A DNA stretch of 64,000 nt from Bispira polyomma (Eukaryota): assembly GCA_965649765.1 (NCBI GenBank), contig OZ287750.1:43896001-43960000 (forward strand), in the 5' to 3' direction. Within the stretch, counting starts at the first letter, position 1, and each line of letters begins with the position of its first letter. The notes under the pieces are model-generated. The model searched no databases, was not told the origin of the DNA, and saw only the letters and a list, made by a program, of their open reading frames with translations. A program made the translations under genes and the position numbers. Positions 1-13,175 of this stretch are shown here, piece after piece.

Positions 1-9
1 GCCTCGACT

Positions 10-2412
10 ATGAATACTGCTGGTCTTAGAAATTTTGAATTTCATAATGTACTCGAAAATTGGGATCATCATGATTCTGGTAATGAGATTCACTCTGTTT
101 TGGTCAACAGTGCTCCCTTATATGTTGAATATTGGCATATGGCCTGCAGTATCTCTGTCTTGGATTTCTTATATGTCGATAATTGTGGGCATCACCCTGT
201 TGTATTTTTGGATTTTCCTGACTACACCAGTGCCTCAGGTTTCTATTATCAAAATTGTTATAAGGACAACATCAGTAATGTTTTCTTAGGGGACATACCT
301 AGCTTTCCTTTTGGTGTTTCCTATATGTTCCAAGCTAGGATACTGATTGATTATAACTTTTTGAATGTTCAACAACTCAGTGAATTTCAAAACAACTCTG
401 CTAAATTAGCTCATGAAAACTATTTAAAAGATGTTAATTCCCTGTGGGTACAGGGATATGATTAAACCGTTTATATGCAGGAAATCATTGATGGCATCAT
501 CAAGGCAGATGATGTCATGATTGATAGTATCACCAGTAATGAATGTTTTGTTAATAAACTTACTCAGGCTAGAATCATGCGGCGTTCCGATATTGTCTCC
601 GATGGCTGTGAAGAGCTGGACAGCTTAGTCATGGCTGATTCGTCTTCTTCGAAAAATAACACTAAAGATCTGGTTGTTTCCCATAAATCTGTTGGTTTCT
701 TAAGCAAATCTGATACAAAATTTCAGTTCATTGGCCCTGATAAAGATTTTGTGGCCATTAATTCAATTAATGATATGTGTCTCATTGCTGACACCATAAG
801 ATCCACAGGTTTACCTAATTATGCTCAAGCTCGTATTCCCATTAGCTGTGGCTTGAATTTCCCGGCTTGGGAACTTATTACACATAACCATTCTGGCCAA
901 CTTATTTGTCAGTATTTGAAGTTTGGATTTCCCCAATCCTTAAGCAAATCCTTTGAGTTAAATCGCACAGATATAACTAACCATCACTCTGCGATACAGT
1001 ATCCTGATGCAGTTAACAAGTATCTTAACAAAGAAAAAAGTAAGGGTGCTATGTTAGGCCTTGTTTCCAACTTAGCAAACCCACATTACCACTGTTCTCC
1101 CTTACTCACCACCCCTAAGGATATTACTGATAGACGGGTAATACTTAACCTTTCACACCCCCAGGGTACCTCAGTTAATGACCATGTACTTGACGAATTT
1201 GAAGGTATTGAATTTTCACTTAAATTTCTGAATATTGACAATGTTACGGATGTCATCAATAATACCAGAGACCCGGTGGCCTTCAAGGTGGACGTTTCCA
1301 GGGCATTTCGTAACCTCCGTGTCGACCCTGTCGACGCCCTCAAATTTGGTATAAAGTGGGATGGAAAATACTACCTTGATCCTGCGGTTGCCTTTGGGTG
1401 GGCTTTCGGCAGTGCGGCCTTTCAGAGATGCTCTGATATTATTGCAGACCACATGCTTAGTTTAGGTTTTAAACTCCATTACTACATTGATGACTACCTT
1501 TGCATATGTACGAAGGTCAAGTCTAAGGTATGTTTTGAAAAATTATGTAGTCTATTAGATGATCTAGGTCTCCCCATAAACCCTAGTAAAATTTCTCCTC
1601 CTTCCACTAAGGTTACTTACCTGGGCATCGATGTGGATATATCCGCAGGTACCATAAGTATCACACAAGAAAAAATTGACCAAATACACTTAGAGGGCAT
1701 AGAAGCACGTAGTAAGAACTGGTTATCCCGTACTAGATTACAGTCCCTCTTAGGAAAGCTTCTTTATATACACAAGTGTGTTAAACCTGCTAGGTGCTTT
1801 ATTAACAGGCTTCTTTCCGTTCTTAGAGCTTCCCCTAACTCCAAAAGGTTTTAGGTCACTCATAATATGAAATATGACCTTGATTGGTTTATTCACTTCT
1901 TACATGCTTACAATGGTATTACCTATTTTAACCCTAAGGATATCGATTTCTCACACGAACTTCATCTTGACGCCTGTCTCACAGGTATGGGGGCCCTATG
2001 GGGCCAGGAGATTTATTTCACATCCGTTATTAACATTTTTGGTCAAAGATTGGCCATTACCCAGTTGGAGATGCTCAATGTTGTCATTTCACTTAGAGTT
2101 TGGGGGGAATCCTGGGCTCACCATAAGGTTACTTTTAATTGTGACAACCTGGCAGTTGTACTGGTCGTTATGACCGGCAAGACTAAGGACCCATTCTTAG
2201 CTGCGTGTATATGCAATATTTGGCTCATTTGCTCTATTCATGATATTATTATAAAAGTTCAACACATTCCAGGCAAGGATAATATATACGCTGATGCGTT
2301 GTCGCGTGTATATTCCTCACATCCTCCTGATCCACAAATCATGTTGGCTCTTAGTAAGCACACACGTAGAGATGTCCCCTTACACTATCATAATTTAGAT
2401 TTTAATATCTGA
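10..2412 (+). pseudogene. Retrotransposon pol (reverse transcriptase + RNase H) with two in-frame stops
   Basis: ORFs 10-465, 475-1854 and 1867-2412 share one frame and are separated by TAA (463-465) and TAG (1852-1854). RT motifs: KVDVSRAFR, AFGW, YYIDDYL, YLGIDVD. DIRS-type RNase H motifs: LDAC, QLEMLN, CDN, ADALSR. Confidence 0.9.
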
Positions 2413-2418
2413 TTACAG

Positions 2419-3415
2419 GTTCCACACAAGCATCATTGGCTCTGGGGGATGCTGCCATCAGGAGAATCCACACAGCTCTCAGACCTTCTACCATTGCAGC
2501 TTATACTTCGCAGTTTAGAACATTTCTTTCTTTTCTGCATTATGTTAACATGCACCATATCTCTATCCACTCCATTTTGGCCTTTTTGGAGTACTTGGCC
2601 CAGAATGGCCTTTCCCCTAAAGTTATTAAAAACTACCTGGCTGCTTTAAGGTTCATGACCCAAAAGTTTAATATCCTCCCAGATATTTTCCATCACAATT
2701 CCATCTCTCTCTTTATTCGTAGTTTGGTACACAATTCTCACTTCAGGCCCTCCCCCATAGGGTTATTCTCCATCAAACACTTGTCCTTTATTTCTCAGGC
2801 CTGTCATATCACAGGACCCCATTCTTTTTAGATCCATTTTTCTTGTGGCCTTTTATGGCTTTTTAAGATTGTCCAATATCGCTCCCCACTCTAGGGCCAA
2901 GTTTGATCCCACCAGACACATTCTTAGACAGGATGTGGTCTTTGGTTCCCCTGGGGCCTACTTAATTATTAAGTGGGCCAAGAATATGCAGGATAGGACC
3001 TCTACACATGTCATACAGCTTCCTTCCATCTCTGGCTCTCACCTATGTCCAGTGCAGGCTCTTTCCGCACTCCTTTCCTCTAGGGACCTACCCCCTTCTG
3101 CTCCACTGTTTGTTGTTTCTAAACCCCCTCATTTTCCCATTGTTGATTCACATGTCAGATCTGCCCTTAGGCAAATTCTACTCCACCTTGGAATTGATCC
3201 TTCATTCCATGGTTTCCATACTTTTCGCAGGTCTGGCGCTACAGCAGCTTTTAATAATAACGTTTCCCTCCAAAACATTATGGCCCATGGCCTTTGGCGT
3301 AGTTCCGCCGTGTTGGTCCTACCTCCAATCCACCTCCCAAGCTGCTTCCATTGTTCCCAATACTTTCTCCTCCATTGTCCCTTCCTCCATTTATTTGAGT
3401 TTGGGCTTATATTAA
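2419..3415 (+). pseudogene. Tyrosine recombinase (SAM-like N-domain + catalytic domain) with two frameshifts
   Basis: N-domain LRPST..AY..FLSFL..NYLAAL; catalytic FYGFLR, HTFRR, HGLW and WSYL (the Tyr is in the shifted frame). Frameshifts near 2811 and 3313. Confidence 0.88.
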
Positions 3416-6400
3416 AATCTCATTTTATAAAATTTTAATATACTTTTACCTACCCTGTACATATATACTAACCTGTACAGAATAAAATACTTCAAACCTT
3501 ATTCTTGTTCTCACTTAGCTTTCACCATAACTTATCCTCCACTTTAACTTTCACCTTTGGGAACTGTTACTAGCACGACCCCTTTAGGGGGCCTGCTGTC
3601 TCAGTTCCTAACCCCCTCCCTTTCCTTTTTTAAGGGCACTATTCTTGTTTCCCATTCTGTCCATCCCTCATTAGCTATGAACCAATCACACTGCACAGGC
3701 TTCATGATTTTGTGTTTTTGGCCCCTGCTCAGGCACCATTTTCACCCCAAGTGTACAAGGGTAAACATCAAGTCAGAAAACATTTTCCACCACCCTCCCC
3801 TCCACCAAGTACTGGGTTCTTGGTTGCTACATTACTTTTTCTTATCACTTCGGGCCTTGGGCTGTGTGGAGGTCGGGGGGCCGTCTCCTGCTCGTGTATG
3901 AGAGGGGCGTCCACCTGGTCCTCTGCTAGGTGATTTGGTGCCTTAGGCCCTTCGCCCTACTCCTCTTAATCGGGATCCACAGGACCCCTTAATTGGCAGT
4001 TTCGTTTACCATTTTTATGCAATAACTCCACAACTCTAACTGCAATAAGTACATATACAAAACTAAAATACTTCATAAAGCAATGAGCAAACTTGACATA
4101 GTTTTAGTATATGGTATTGTTTATTTCACACATTCTAAGGAATTTTTATTTTTTAAAAGTAGGATCAGCTATTAGACGAAACACTTGGTTATAAGATTCT
4201 AGTTCTCAAATCATCTTTTAAAAATTTGCTAGCTTTGATTAGATCACTCTGTATTTTGTGTTGACATGAAATTTGCTTGAGTCATTTTGTAGTCTTATAC
4301 ATGCATACATTAGCCTGTTCATTGTTTTACATATATACAGACATTTGGCTGTTTACTGTTTTACTAAACATGTTTCACCATGGCGGATTTTTGGAATCGA
4401 CTGAGTGTCTTCATCTACTGTTCAATTTCTGTTATTTGAGGTGACTAAAGTAATTTAGTTCACCTACCAGATTTTAAAATAGATCATTCAATAAGTCACA
4501 TTATCGACAAGCCACATTATCGACAAGTAGACATGTTTAAATCTGACTTCATTACAGAGCATGTTATTTTTTTTTCAGGCGAGAATCACCTGGCTTTAGA
4601 GCAAGTCATCTATTTATGGTTCTGTTGCTACTTTTGTTGTTGTCATTCCTCCATTTTTTTCAGAGATGCTGGTTTCTAAATAAGCAAATATATCCCAAAT
4701 ACTGGTAAACATAGCATCCATTGTTTTAGTGCTTTATACTATATGCCTCAGTGCTGTCGGGTTTATACTGCTGCCTCTTCAGTCATGGATTTCCAACTTG
4801 GTACCTAGAATACATGGGACATAGTTAGTGTTGGACTTGCTGAAAGCCAGTTGTTTAAATAACAGACATCTTGACAGATTAACCGGTACTGTGTTGATAA
4901 ACAGCCTTGTGAACGTTCTACCTAAATATGGACATCTGAGAAAAATGTGGATTATTTGAGGATCGTAACTAAATTGTAAAGGTTAAATTGTAGGACAAAT
5001 TTGATTCCATAACACTATAAAACACTCGTAATAATGCTACATGGAACAATATATCTCTAGTACATTAAGTATGAATCGATTAGTCCGACTGTAAACATAT
5101 TGTGGGATTAATTACTTTCATGAAATTAGTAAGAATTTGTAGCAAATGAATACTTAAAATTTACTGGATTTGATACAGTACTTTTTAAATGCCATTCTTT
5201 AGGGGACATTTAAATCACCTTTGTGGAATTCCCTACGCCTGGATATTAGTGCCAGAAAAGAAAATTAGAATGGTAAATAGAAACTCAAAACATCAAGGTA
5301 ACAACAGGCGAACACTTCTATATGTCATTAGAAGCAATGCTTGGATTTGAAGACCCACAGAATACCACGCAGGAAATGCTTGAATCTCTCTACCTGGTCA
5401 TTGGACATGGCTCTAGTGGGTTCTACCAGCTGACGGACGTGCAGATTTAGTGCAAGGAAGGATAGCATTTAGAAACCATCAGCTTTTTAATTGATGAGGC
5501 CACTTGTTATAAGGAATGACACCAATTATCCAAATAGAACACCACTCTGTCTAATTGGTCAGCTCTGGGAATCAGGGCTATTAGGCACATTTCCACTAAT
5601 TTGATCTCCCAGTAGAGGAAGTTGTCTTGATCAATACAGGTATGTGTGCAGTAAATTTCTACTGTGAATTCAAAGTAACCTCAATTCAAATGTATATATT
5701 CGAAATACAACTGAGTTTCTTGACATTCAAGCTTAATTTATAGGTATATTTCCCATGTGTGTTAAAAATACATTAAAATTATATAGTATCTACCGAAGAT
5801 AAATTAGGCCATCGGGGCTTGTTCAACGTTTGGGCTTACAGGTTAAGTTGTACTTTACCAGCTTGTAGACCTCAGATTCACCTTAGTAATAACAGGTGAT
5901 TTTGTCTCAATAATGATTTACATCCTTACCCATCTCCATTGCAATCAGAACATATACCACTTAGTTCAGTGTTCCTCCAACCTCTTTCCACATAATTATA
6001 CTATGCAGCCGATGAGAAGACCTAGTGTTTTCGCATTGAAATCTATTTGGACAGTTTACAATTACCCAAACAGATAGATTTGTTTGTTTGGTCATATTAT
6101 AAATTGAATTTATTTATTTCATTTGATTTATTCATTTTATTTTTGTTTCATTTCAAAGTATGAAGAGTTCCACATAAGGTGAGGCTTCTTGGCCCTTTGC
6201 TTCCAGATGGATACTATTGAAGACAATGATGCATGATAACCATGGAAAGGTGGAATTTAAAATTGTAAATTTTAATTAACTACTGCCTGCTTGACTTTCA
6301 AATTTCAAATATTAGAACTTTTTCTTGACTTTAGTGGTACAGGTCAATTAATGACCTAATTTGGTTTAATTAATTGACCAACAACATATCATTAACTAGA

Positions 6401-8163
6401 GCATGCCCAGAATATGCCATTTTATACCCAGTGTATGCCCAGGTTTTACAAGACCTCACAAACGATTATGTTCAGAATATGCTACATAACTTGAGCTATG
6501 GGAACTTTAGAATTGAGCTTAATGTTTTTGGAGACCAGGGCCCATGATGCTTACCTTTTTCATTCTCAGTTTTATAAGGGCCAGGGTTTCAGTCTAGTGT
6601 CTGAAAGCAAAAAAAAAACCTTTATTCTCAGATGCAGACTTGTATTGTTTGCACCCTGAAAATAGTGAAGCCATGTTGGAAAGGGCCGCCATTTTGAAAA
6701 GAATATGTATCTAAGGACTCCAAAGATTTGGTTCGAAGCAATTGATCTGGCCAAACTGTGTGGTGTCAGTCACGGCCTTGTTAGGCTAGTGGCAATTGCT
6801 TTATTGCTTGCTGTATTGTATTAACATTTATGCTTCATTTGATCTCTTCCTTTATTTGGTATTCAAAGCACTAATTAACATTTTTTAAACTGCCCAAGTG
6901 CAGCCGTGCAGCACTAGTGACTGTCAGTACCCTAACTGAAAACAGAGACTTGAGGATTACACTATTTTTAAACTTCCCCACGGTTCTTTGGCCTATCACT
7001 AGATGATTGGCCCCAGTGACAGAGGATGAAGGTCATTTTAAGTTTTCATCCAAGCCACTATGTATCTGCCAGTACCCGATGACCCCGGGCTGGAATCAAA
7101 CCCAGCTCCTCTGCATTCCTGAGTGAGTGTGTTACCCCGAATCTGCCATCTCACTGCATAAAGTGCTGCTACTATAATTTATTTTGATTTCACAAACCAC
7201 TAAAAGGCGCACTCCGTCAAACTGGGTACTCGCCTTAAAAAAAATCACAATCGAACAATCGGAAGGATTAATGGAAAATGGCAATCGATCAGCTAGTCAA
7301 TGTAATTGGCTCTTTTGAATTGGGGGAGGCCTTTAATGCAGGATGACAATAGATCACCGGACTCAAAGAGACCGCCAAAATCACAAAGAAAAAGGATGCC
7401 ACACTTTATTTATGCAAATTTCGTCTGCCTGGGAAGAAAATGCAAACTAGTTGGGTTTTTTTCTCTCTCTTGAAGATGAAAACTTCATTGTGTTTCTATC
7501 GTTGGGAATTTTGTGGGTGAATTTTACATCTGGGTTACAAATTAATTTTCTGAGAATGTTGCCAACAAAAATATATTTGAGTTATGAAAGCTGGATAAGA
7601 CAGCTTGTTGGTTTTGTGTGTATAAACTTGTTGTTTGAGCAATAATTATTTATAGTACTGTTATAGTATTGAAAGCAATGATTTCTTTTCATCAGTTTAT
7701 ATTGTTTTTGTACTTTCCTATTCCTACAATATTCTGTAATTATATAACAGAAATAAAAACTGGCAGATGCCAAAATTGCTATATTTTGCAAAGCGCAAAT
7801 GCTGAAAACCAAAAAAGGACCCCAGGTCTTCTGATCATCAGATCAGACAAACTCGGGACCTTCAGATTACAGGACCAACTACCCAGTCCTGAATCAAACC
7901 AGGGACCAATCTCCAGGCCAGCAGCGAATATAGAACCTGAAACCCTATGGAACCCTTTGATCCAATTTTAGGTATTATTGCTCTAAGGATCTTCGATAGT
8001 GAACATTTGGAAATTGTATTAATTTTTAATTGAAAAAATATCAATAGTAAAATTTATGTCATTTTATTTTGTAACAAATTGTAAAACAGACTTTCAGCTG
8101 AACCTTCAAATTACATTCTTCCGAAAGTAGCCACCAACAATTATAAATATTAGAAATAATAAT

Positions 8164-8282
8164 AACTAGAAAGAGTCTCAGTAGATACCTCTGCCAAGAC
8201 ACAACAGTGACAGAAACTGTAAAAACAAAACAAAAACAAATTAATAGATGTGATTGAAAACATAACCTCCTTGGTGGATATA
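8164..8282 (-). mobile_element. Short HINE-like (Helentron-associated) non-autonomous element
   Basis: CTAG near one end, TACCTCTGCCAAG inverted against the ACCTCCTTGGTGGA end, and an (AAAC)n tract. Related copies at about 9715-9860, 13257-13515, 20437-20650, 24510-24610, 31420-31575 and 32085-32130. Family assignment is from structure only. Confidence 0.5.
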
Positions 8283-8419
8283 ACCAGTACCTTTTAGTAC
8301 TAAGTTAATATTATTTCACAAACTTGGTGAAGTTATATATTCAAAAAAGTGATTTTTAGCAGCAATGTCTATTACCCTTTTTATTTGGGTGGTAAAATAG
8401 TATATTGTATTGTATATGT

Positions 8420-8650
8420 TATTTTTAACACGCTTTAATGATGCAAGGCATCTTTTGAAGCACAACAACCGAATCAATGAAGCAATCATGTATCCTACAC
8501 TATAGTTCAGTTGTCATCAGTAGGCAATGTAGACATGTTCAGATCTTGCCCAAGGGTGTTATCCTACCAAAGAACCTAGTGGTGTTAGCAGGTGTCGAAC
8601 CAGGGATCTTATGATCACCGGACCAACTTCACAACCAATGGGCCATGGGA
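8420..8650 (-). mobile_element. Old tRNA-derived SINE, CORE-like family
   Basis: Reverse strand has degenerate A/B boxes (GGTTCGACACC) followed by CCCTTGGGCAAGA, resembling the CORE domain. Relatives at about 36060-36200, 48600-48720, 52705-52900, 53375-53510 and 57460-57650. Confidence 0.55.
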
Positions 8651-8710
8651 GACCACATGTCTTGCAACAGTATCTGAATTTGACTTTATTTTGGTTTTAC
8701 GTCACTTTCC

Positions 8711-8973
8711 GGGGCCGCGGTGGCCTAGTGGTTAGCAAGCATTGCGCTTCACAATCACTGGTCTTTCACCTCTGGGCGGCTTGAGTTCGAATCCCGTCGA
8801 TGCCTATGTGGGAAAGGTGGTAGTTCCTTAATGTGGGCCGCTGATTTCTCTGCAGAACCTTGACCGACTGTATGCAGTGTTTCCTCCAACGTTTCCAACT
8901 ACCCGTCCCAATATAACCTACTAAAAGGTACTAGAGTGGACGTTAAATATCTAAATTCAAACTAAATTCAAAT
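8711..8973 (+). mobile_element. Young tRNA-derived SINE (family A), copy 1
   Basis: A box TGGCCTAGTGG, B box GAGTTCGAATCC, (AAATTC)n tail, perfect 10-bp TSD GTCACTTTCC (8701-8710 and 8974-8983). Four highly similar copies in the window. Confidence 0.92.
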
Positions 8974-9174
8974 GTCACTTTCCAAATTTTGGGTCATATC
9001 TGGGTGATGGCCAGATTTATTAATAGAGGAAACTAATACAATTTGTGCTGGAAGCCACCGACCTACAGCAAGTACTTTCCCACTTGAAGAAAGGAGTTGA
9101 GGTCAGACCAACTGTACTCAGAGGTGATAGAGACTAGTGGATACTGTGGCCCGCTGGAACAGTATCTAGATTTC

Positions 9175-9373
9175 AATTTGTATTTAGTTAGAGTTTACGT
9201 CACTTTCAACAGCTTAGGTCATACCACGACAGTCTAATTTATTGGTGGAAAAAATCTACAGCAAGTACCTGAAAAACTTTGTCCCACGAAGTAACAAACA
9301 TGATTCACGCTCACATTCGTGAGAGGTTAGTGATTGTGAAGCAGACACCTCTAACCACTAGACCACTGCAGCC
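9175..9373 (-). mobile_element. Older tRNA-derived SINE related to family A
   Basis: Reverse strand begins GGCTGCAGTGGTCTAGTGGTTAG...GCTTCACAATCAC and ends GACCTAAGCTGTTGAAAGTGACGTAAAC. Relatives at about 8680-9150 (interrupted), 24370-24500, 30900-31120 and 35740-35910. Confidence 0.65.
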
Positions 9374-9546
9374 ACATGAACAGTATTTTAAACCAAGGAG
9401 TACATAGGAAGTAAGACATATTCTTTAAATCATATAGAACAGACACAAAGAATGGGTGTTCCTTTACAATCCAGATCATGCAGTTCAATTACTTGACCAA
9501 AATGAAATCTATAAAGAAATAAAAATGAGAACGTCTATTACAATTA

Positions 9547-9552
9547 TTTATT
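9547..9552 (-). promoter_or_regulatory. Candidate polyadenylation signal of the SUEL receptor gene
   Basis: AATAAA on the minus strand with a U-rich tract downstream (about 9500-9530); implies a 3' UTR of about 3 kb. Other AATAAA candidates exist, e.g. 11466. Confidence 0.35.
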
Positions 9553-10522
9553 CCATACAAACAGTACATACAAATTATTCAAATAAATATCTATAAACCA
9601 TATACATTTACAAGTCTATATTACCATGTTCAATCTTGTTCAAGCTGCTAGTTGATATTTTTTTAACACATTTTAGGTTTTAATGTTAAAATGCATTTAA
9701 TTCGGTGTTTAAATTAGAAAGTATTCGATGGAGTGCATACCTCCGACAATGCACCACAATATCCAAAACTAATTGGATATTGTTAAATGACATCATTCAA
9801 TTCTAATTGGGGTGACAAATCAAACAAGGGCAAACACAAATTCTCCATGGTGGAGGAAGATATTTTGTTTATTGAAATTTATATATCAACAAATAACGTT
9901 ATTTTTCTCGTTCAAACCAACATGGATTGTAACAAATGAAAAATGAATGAAATAATAATTGTCTCATGGAGGAAATATTCTTTTCAAAGGGTAACTAATT
10001 TGCAAAATCACTGTTTTTAAAAGGACAATGTATTAATTAATTACAGTTTTTTGTTCAAGACCACCTTTAAGAAACATGTGTAGTGAGGTAACCCTGAATA
10101 GGGTTGATCTAATAATGTACTCATATAAAAGGGCAATAGCGTGCACAAAAATAAAATCCACTTTAAAAATGATTCAAACAAATTGTATTTTTTTTTCCAA
10201 GAAAAGTGAATACAAAAAGAAAAGCTTATATATGTAATCATATTGTTTAAATAACAGTTAGAGGTAACAAGTTCTATAAACAAAGAAGAAGCATGTCTGT
10301 GTAAAACCATTTCGCTTCTGACTGAGTAGTATTCCCCTCTACGGAGTGAATAGTTTCCAAATAGCTGAAGTGACAAATACACCACTGCCATATAACGTGC
10401 ACTACCCACATTCTCTAACGGCCTCATATACACATATTTGTTTTAATGTAAAACTTAACATTATTAAAACATTGCAAATGCGAAGTCGAAAGCTTGCGAA
10501 TAACAGGTGGTATCAACTACAG

Positions 10523-11381
10523 CGGCCGTATTCTCACAAAAAACTTAAGTTCAAAATCAGACTCAACTCTGAGTCTTTGCTCAGTTGCCATGGTGACACA
10601 CTCAACTTTAAGGTAAGATTGAACCTTAACTCAAGGCGTATTCTCCAATATTTTGAGTTAACTCATGCTTAAAGTTGAGCAAGGCTGTACCCTAACTCAA
10701 CTGTAATGAAAATTTCACTCAAATTTTAAAAGTGAATTTTAAGAGACTTTTTATTATATAGTAATGTTATAAAAAGTATATTATACCAAAGTCAGACAAT
10801 ATGTAAAAACTATAATGATTTAAAATATAAAATCTTTATTTACATTTTTTTTTAAATTTTCATAAAGATAACAGTTTGAATTCTTTAAAGAAATCATTTT
10901 TTTAAATGATAATTGAATTTTTTTTTATTAAATTTACAATACCCATATTCGATTTAAATTTTTTTTTTCTATTTTTCAAATCTTAATATTTAGTATATTT
11001 TTTTACTTTAAAAATTTGGAATTAAAAAAAATCATTATTTTTTTTTAATATTTTAAAATTTAGATCAGTTTAAGTTAGGTTTGAACTTTTACCAAGTAAT
11101 ATGGCAATACATACTGATGGTGACAGTTAATTCTAATTTGTTGGCTATTTTTGACAGAGAAAATCTATACATTTTGCCAAAAGTGTAAATGTAGCTATTG
11201 CCAATGAACACAAACAAAGGAATCATGTGACCACAGATCCAATATAACAGTGTGTTTGATTGGCCTGTTGTTATTTTGGACCTGTGCCAACATGTCTAGA
11301 CTTAAGTCTGTGCTGAGCAAAAATTTCAGCTGAGCTTGAGTCAAAATGAGCAAAACCTTTTTTTTTTCGAGAATACAGCCG
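10523..11381. mobile_element. MITE-like element with 21-bp imperfect terminal inverted repeats
   Basis: CGGCCGTATTCTCACAAAAAA (10523-10543) versus TTTTTTTCGAGAATACAGCCG (11361-11381), 3 mismatches. Very AT-rich core; no clear TSD. Confidence 0.5.
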
Positions 11382-11808
11382 ATGGTCAACATACAATGAC
11401 TGTGTAAAAGGGTTAAAACAATATATGGACATTTTAATGGTAAAATATTAACTACAAACCTCCATTTTATTTCTTTTACAAACTTACCTATTACAGGTGT
11501 CGTCTGCTTTCAGATTTGTCCTACTTTTGTAATGTCATACAGCTAAATACATATAGAAATGACTTGCATATAGAAAACAAAAACATGTTGTGAAGGTACC
11601 AGGTGTAAGCGTGTCAACATGATTTAGTTCTTTGATCTACAAGACAATGGCCAGGGTCATCAAAAGTCTAAAACATAAACTCACAATAATCTAAAAATAA
11701 ATGACCTCATATATACAATTAAAAATGTAAAATTTGACTCCAAATATTGAGTTCATAACTGCTAATTCTATTAAAATGAATTGTAAGTTCTTCCCAATAA
11801 CAACATCT

Positions 11809-12052
11809 GGGGCCGCGGTGGCCTAGTAGTTAGCAAGCATTGCGCTTCACAATCACTGGTCTCCCACCTCAGGGCGGTGTGAGTTCGAATCCCGTCGATG
11901 CCTATGTGGGAAAGGTGGTAGTTCCTTACTGTGGGCCGCTAGTTTCAGTGCAGAACTTTGATCAACTCTATGCAGTGTTTCCTCCAGCATTTCCAACTAC
12001 CCGTCCTAATATAACCTAAAGAGGTACTAAATATCCAAATTCAAATTCAAAA
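11809..12052 (+). mobile_element. SINE family A, copy 2 (small deletion near the tail)
   Basis: Highly similar to 8711-8973; lies antisense in the probable 3' UTR of the receptor gene. Confidence 0.9.
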
Positions 12053-12514
12053 ACTATATCTGTGGCACACATGTATTTGAATTGAAGCACTAGTTAAAAT
12101 TTAAAACGTTTGATAAACATGGCCCTATATGTGTCTTATTCGTCATTCATATCACCTTTTCTAGTAAAAAGAAGAGACTAGGCTAAAATATGGACAAAAA
12201 GTGGACAAGATATGCCCGATACAACTGCTTGCAAAAATAAATAAGACAAAGAAACAACACAAAAGGAAGCTGACTTCTGACACCCGGACCTGGGGTGAGT
12301 ACAAGTACTTGGTACTTGTACTTAAGTTTAAGTTTTGGAGCACTTCTACTTGAGTATTGGAAATTAAAACTACTAGTACTTTCCAGAAAAAAGTAAGGTA
12401 CTCTCAATTACTTTGCAAGGACACCCAAATACAATAATATCCATGTCTATATGTATTATAATGCCCCAAATGAGTGACTTCAAGTCAGTGACACAATATA
12501 ATGACTATCTAAAA

Positions 12515-13175
12515 CTAAGAAGATTGTTCAGGAGTGTACTGACAAGCAGAACAGCCAGACACCACATCTGGTCGCTGTTCCTCCTTGTCTACTTTGCCAC
12601 CCTGCGTCACACCATCAAATTTAAAGTAGTAGGGTTGTTCAGCTGGTCGCCTGGTAGTGGTAGCCCCACCATTTTTGGTTTTGCCCTTACCAGATCCTTT
12701 CCTGCCATAAGAGATGGAAAAGGCCTTCTTGGGTTCAGATTTTGCCGGATGTTTTCTCAACATGGTGAGTTCGTTGATCTCGTTTTCATTCATGCTCAGG
12801 GAGTCCCACCGATAGTCCATAGTCTTATGTTGTTTATCCGTGCTTCCAGAATCTATGGATCCGGAATAGTGACCCTCTGGAAGTGAAGGTATGGGAGGTG
12901 GTGACATAACGGGAGGATTGGGTAGGGGGGATGTGATAATGACCCCATCCACTACATTGTTCTGGACACGATGCACCCCTCTAAGCTGGAGTGTACTGGC
13001 CTCTACATGAGGACATTCTGCTCCCACTGGGTGACACCTATAGTGGTCTTCTCTGCCCAAAGTTTGGGCTCTCTCCGCCATCAACAGGCCATGATGGTAC
13101 AGACCTTCTTCGTATTTTGACTCTACAGCTTTCAGTGCATACCCTGACCGACTTCGGATCTTTCTCTGCTTCCGC
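12515..13175 (-). CDS. Receptor exon 7: cytoplasmic tail
   Basis: TTTCAG acceptor; basic stop-transfer RRKQRK; Pro-rich PLPNPPVMSPPPIP; QPYYF; ends at TAG. Confidence 0.85.

Larger units (their letters stand above)
1..4025 (+). mobile_element. DIRS/Ngaro-type tyrosine-recombinase retrotransposon, decayed copy; 5' part lies outside the window
   Basis: Co-oriented RT, RNase H and YR coding regions with no methyltransferase domain between RH and YR. GC content drops to host level after TTTTTATGCAATAA at about 4025; this right end is approximate. Confidence 0.9.

Noticed and set aside
1852-1854. Programmed stop-codon readthrough between RT and RNase H
   Set aside because: The copy has other disabling lesions and RT-RH is normally continuous, so a simple nonsense mutation is more likely; the family consensus would decide.
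4579-5640. Possible exons (acceptor near 4578, donor near 5640) with coding-like composition
   Set aside because: Stops occur in all frames I read and there is no recognisable motif; perhaps a decayed gene or TE, but it cannot be supported.
8711-8800. tRNA gene (including tRNA-Sec, because of CTTCA)
   Set aside because: It continues into a shared SINE body with tail and TSD in four dispersed copies; there is no clean cloverleaf or Pol III terminator.
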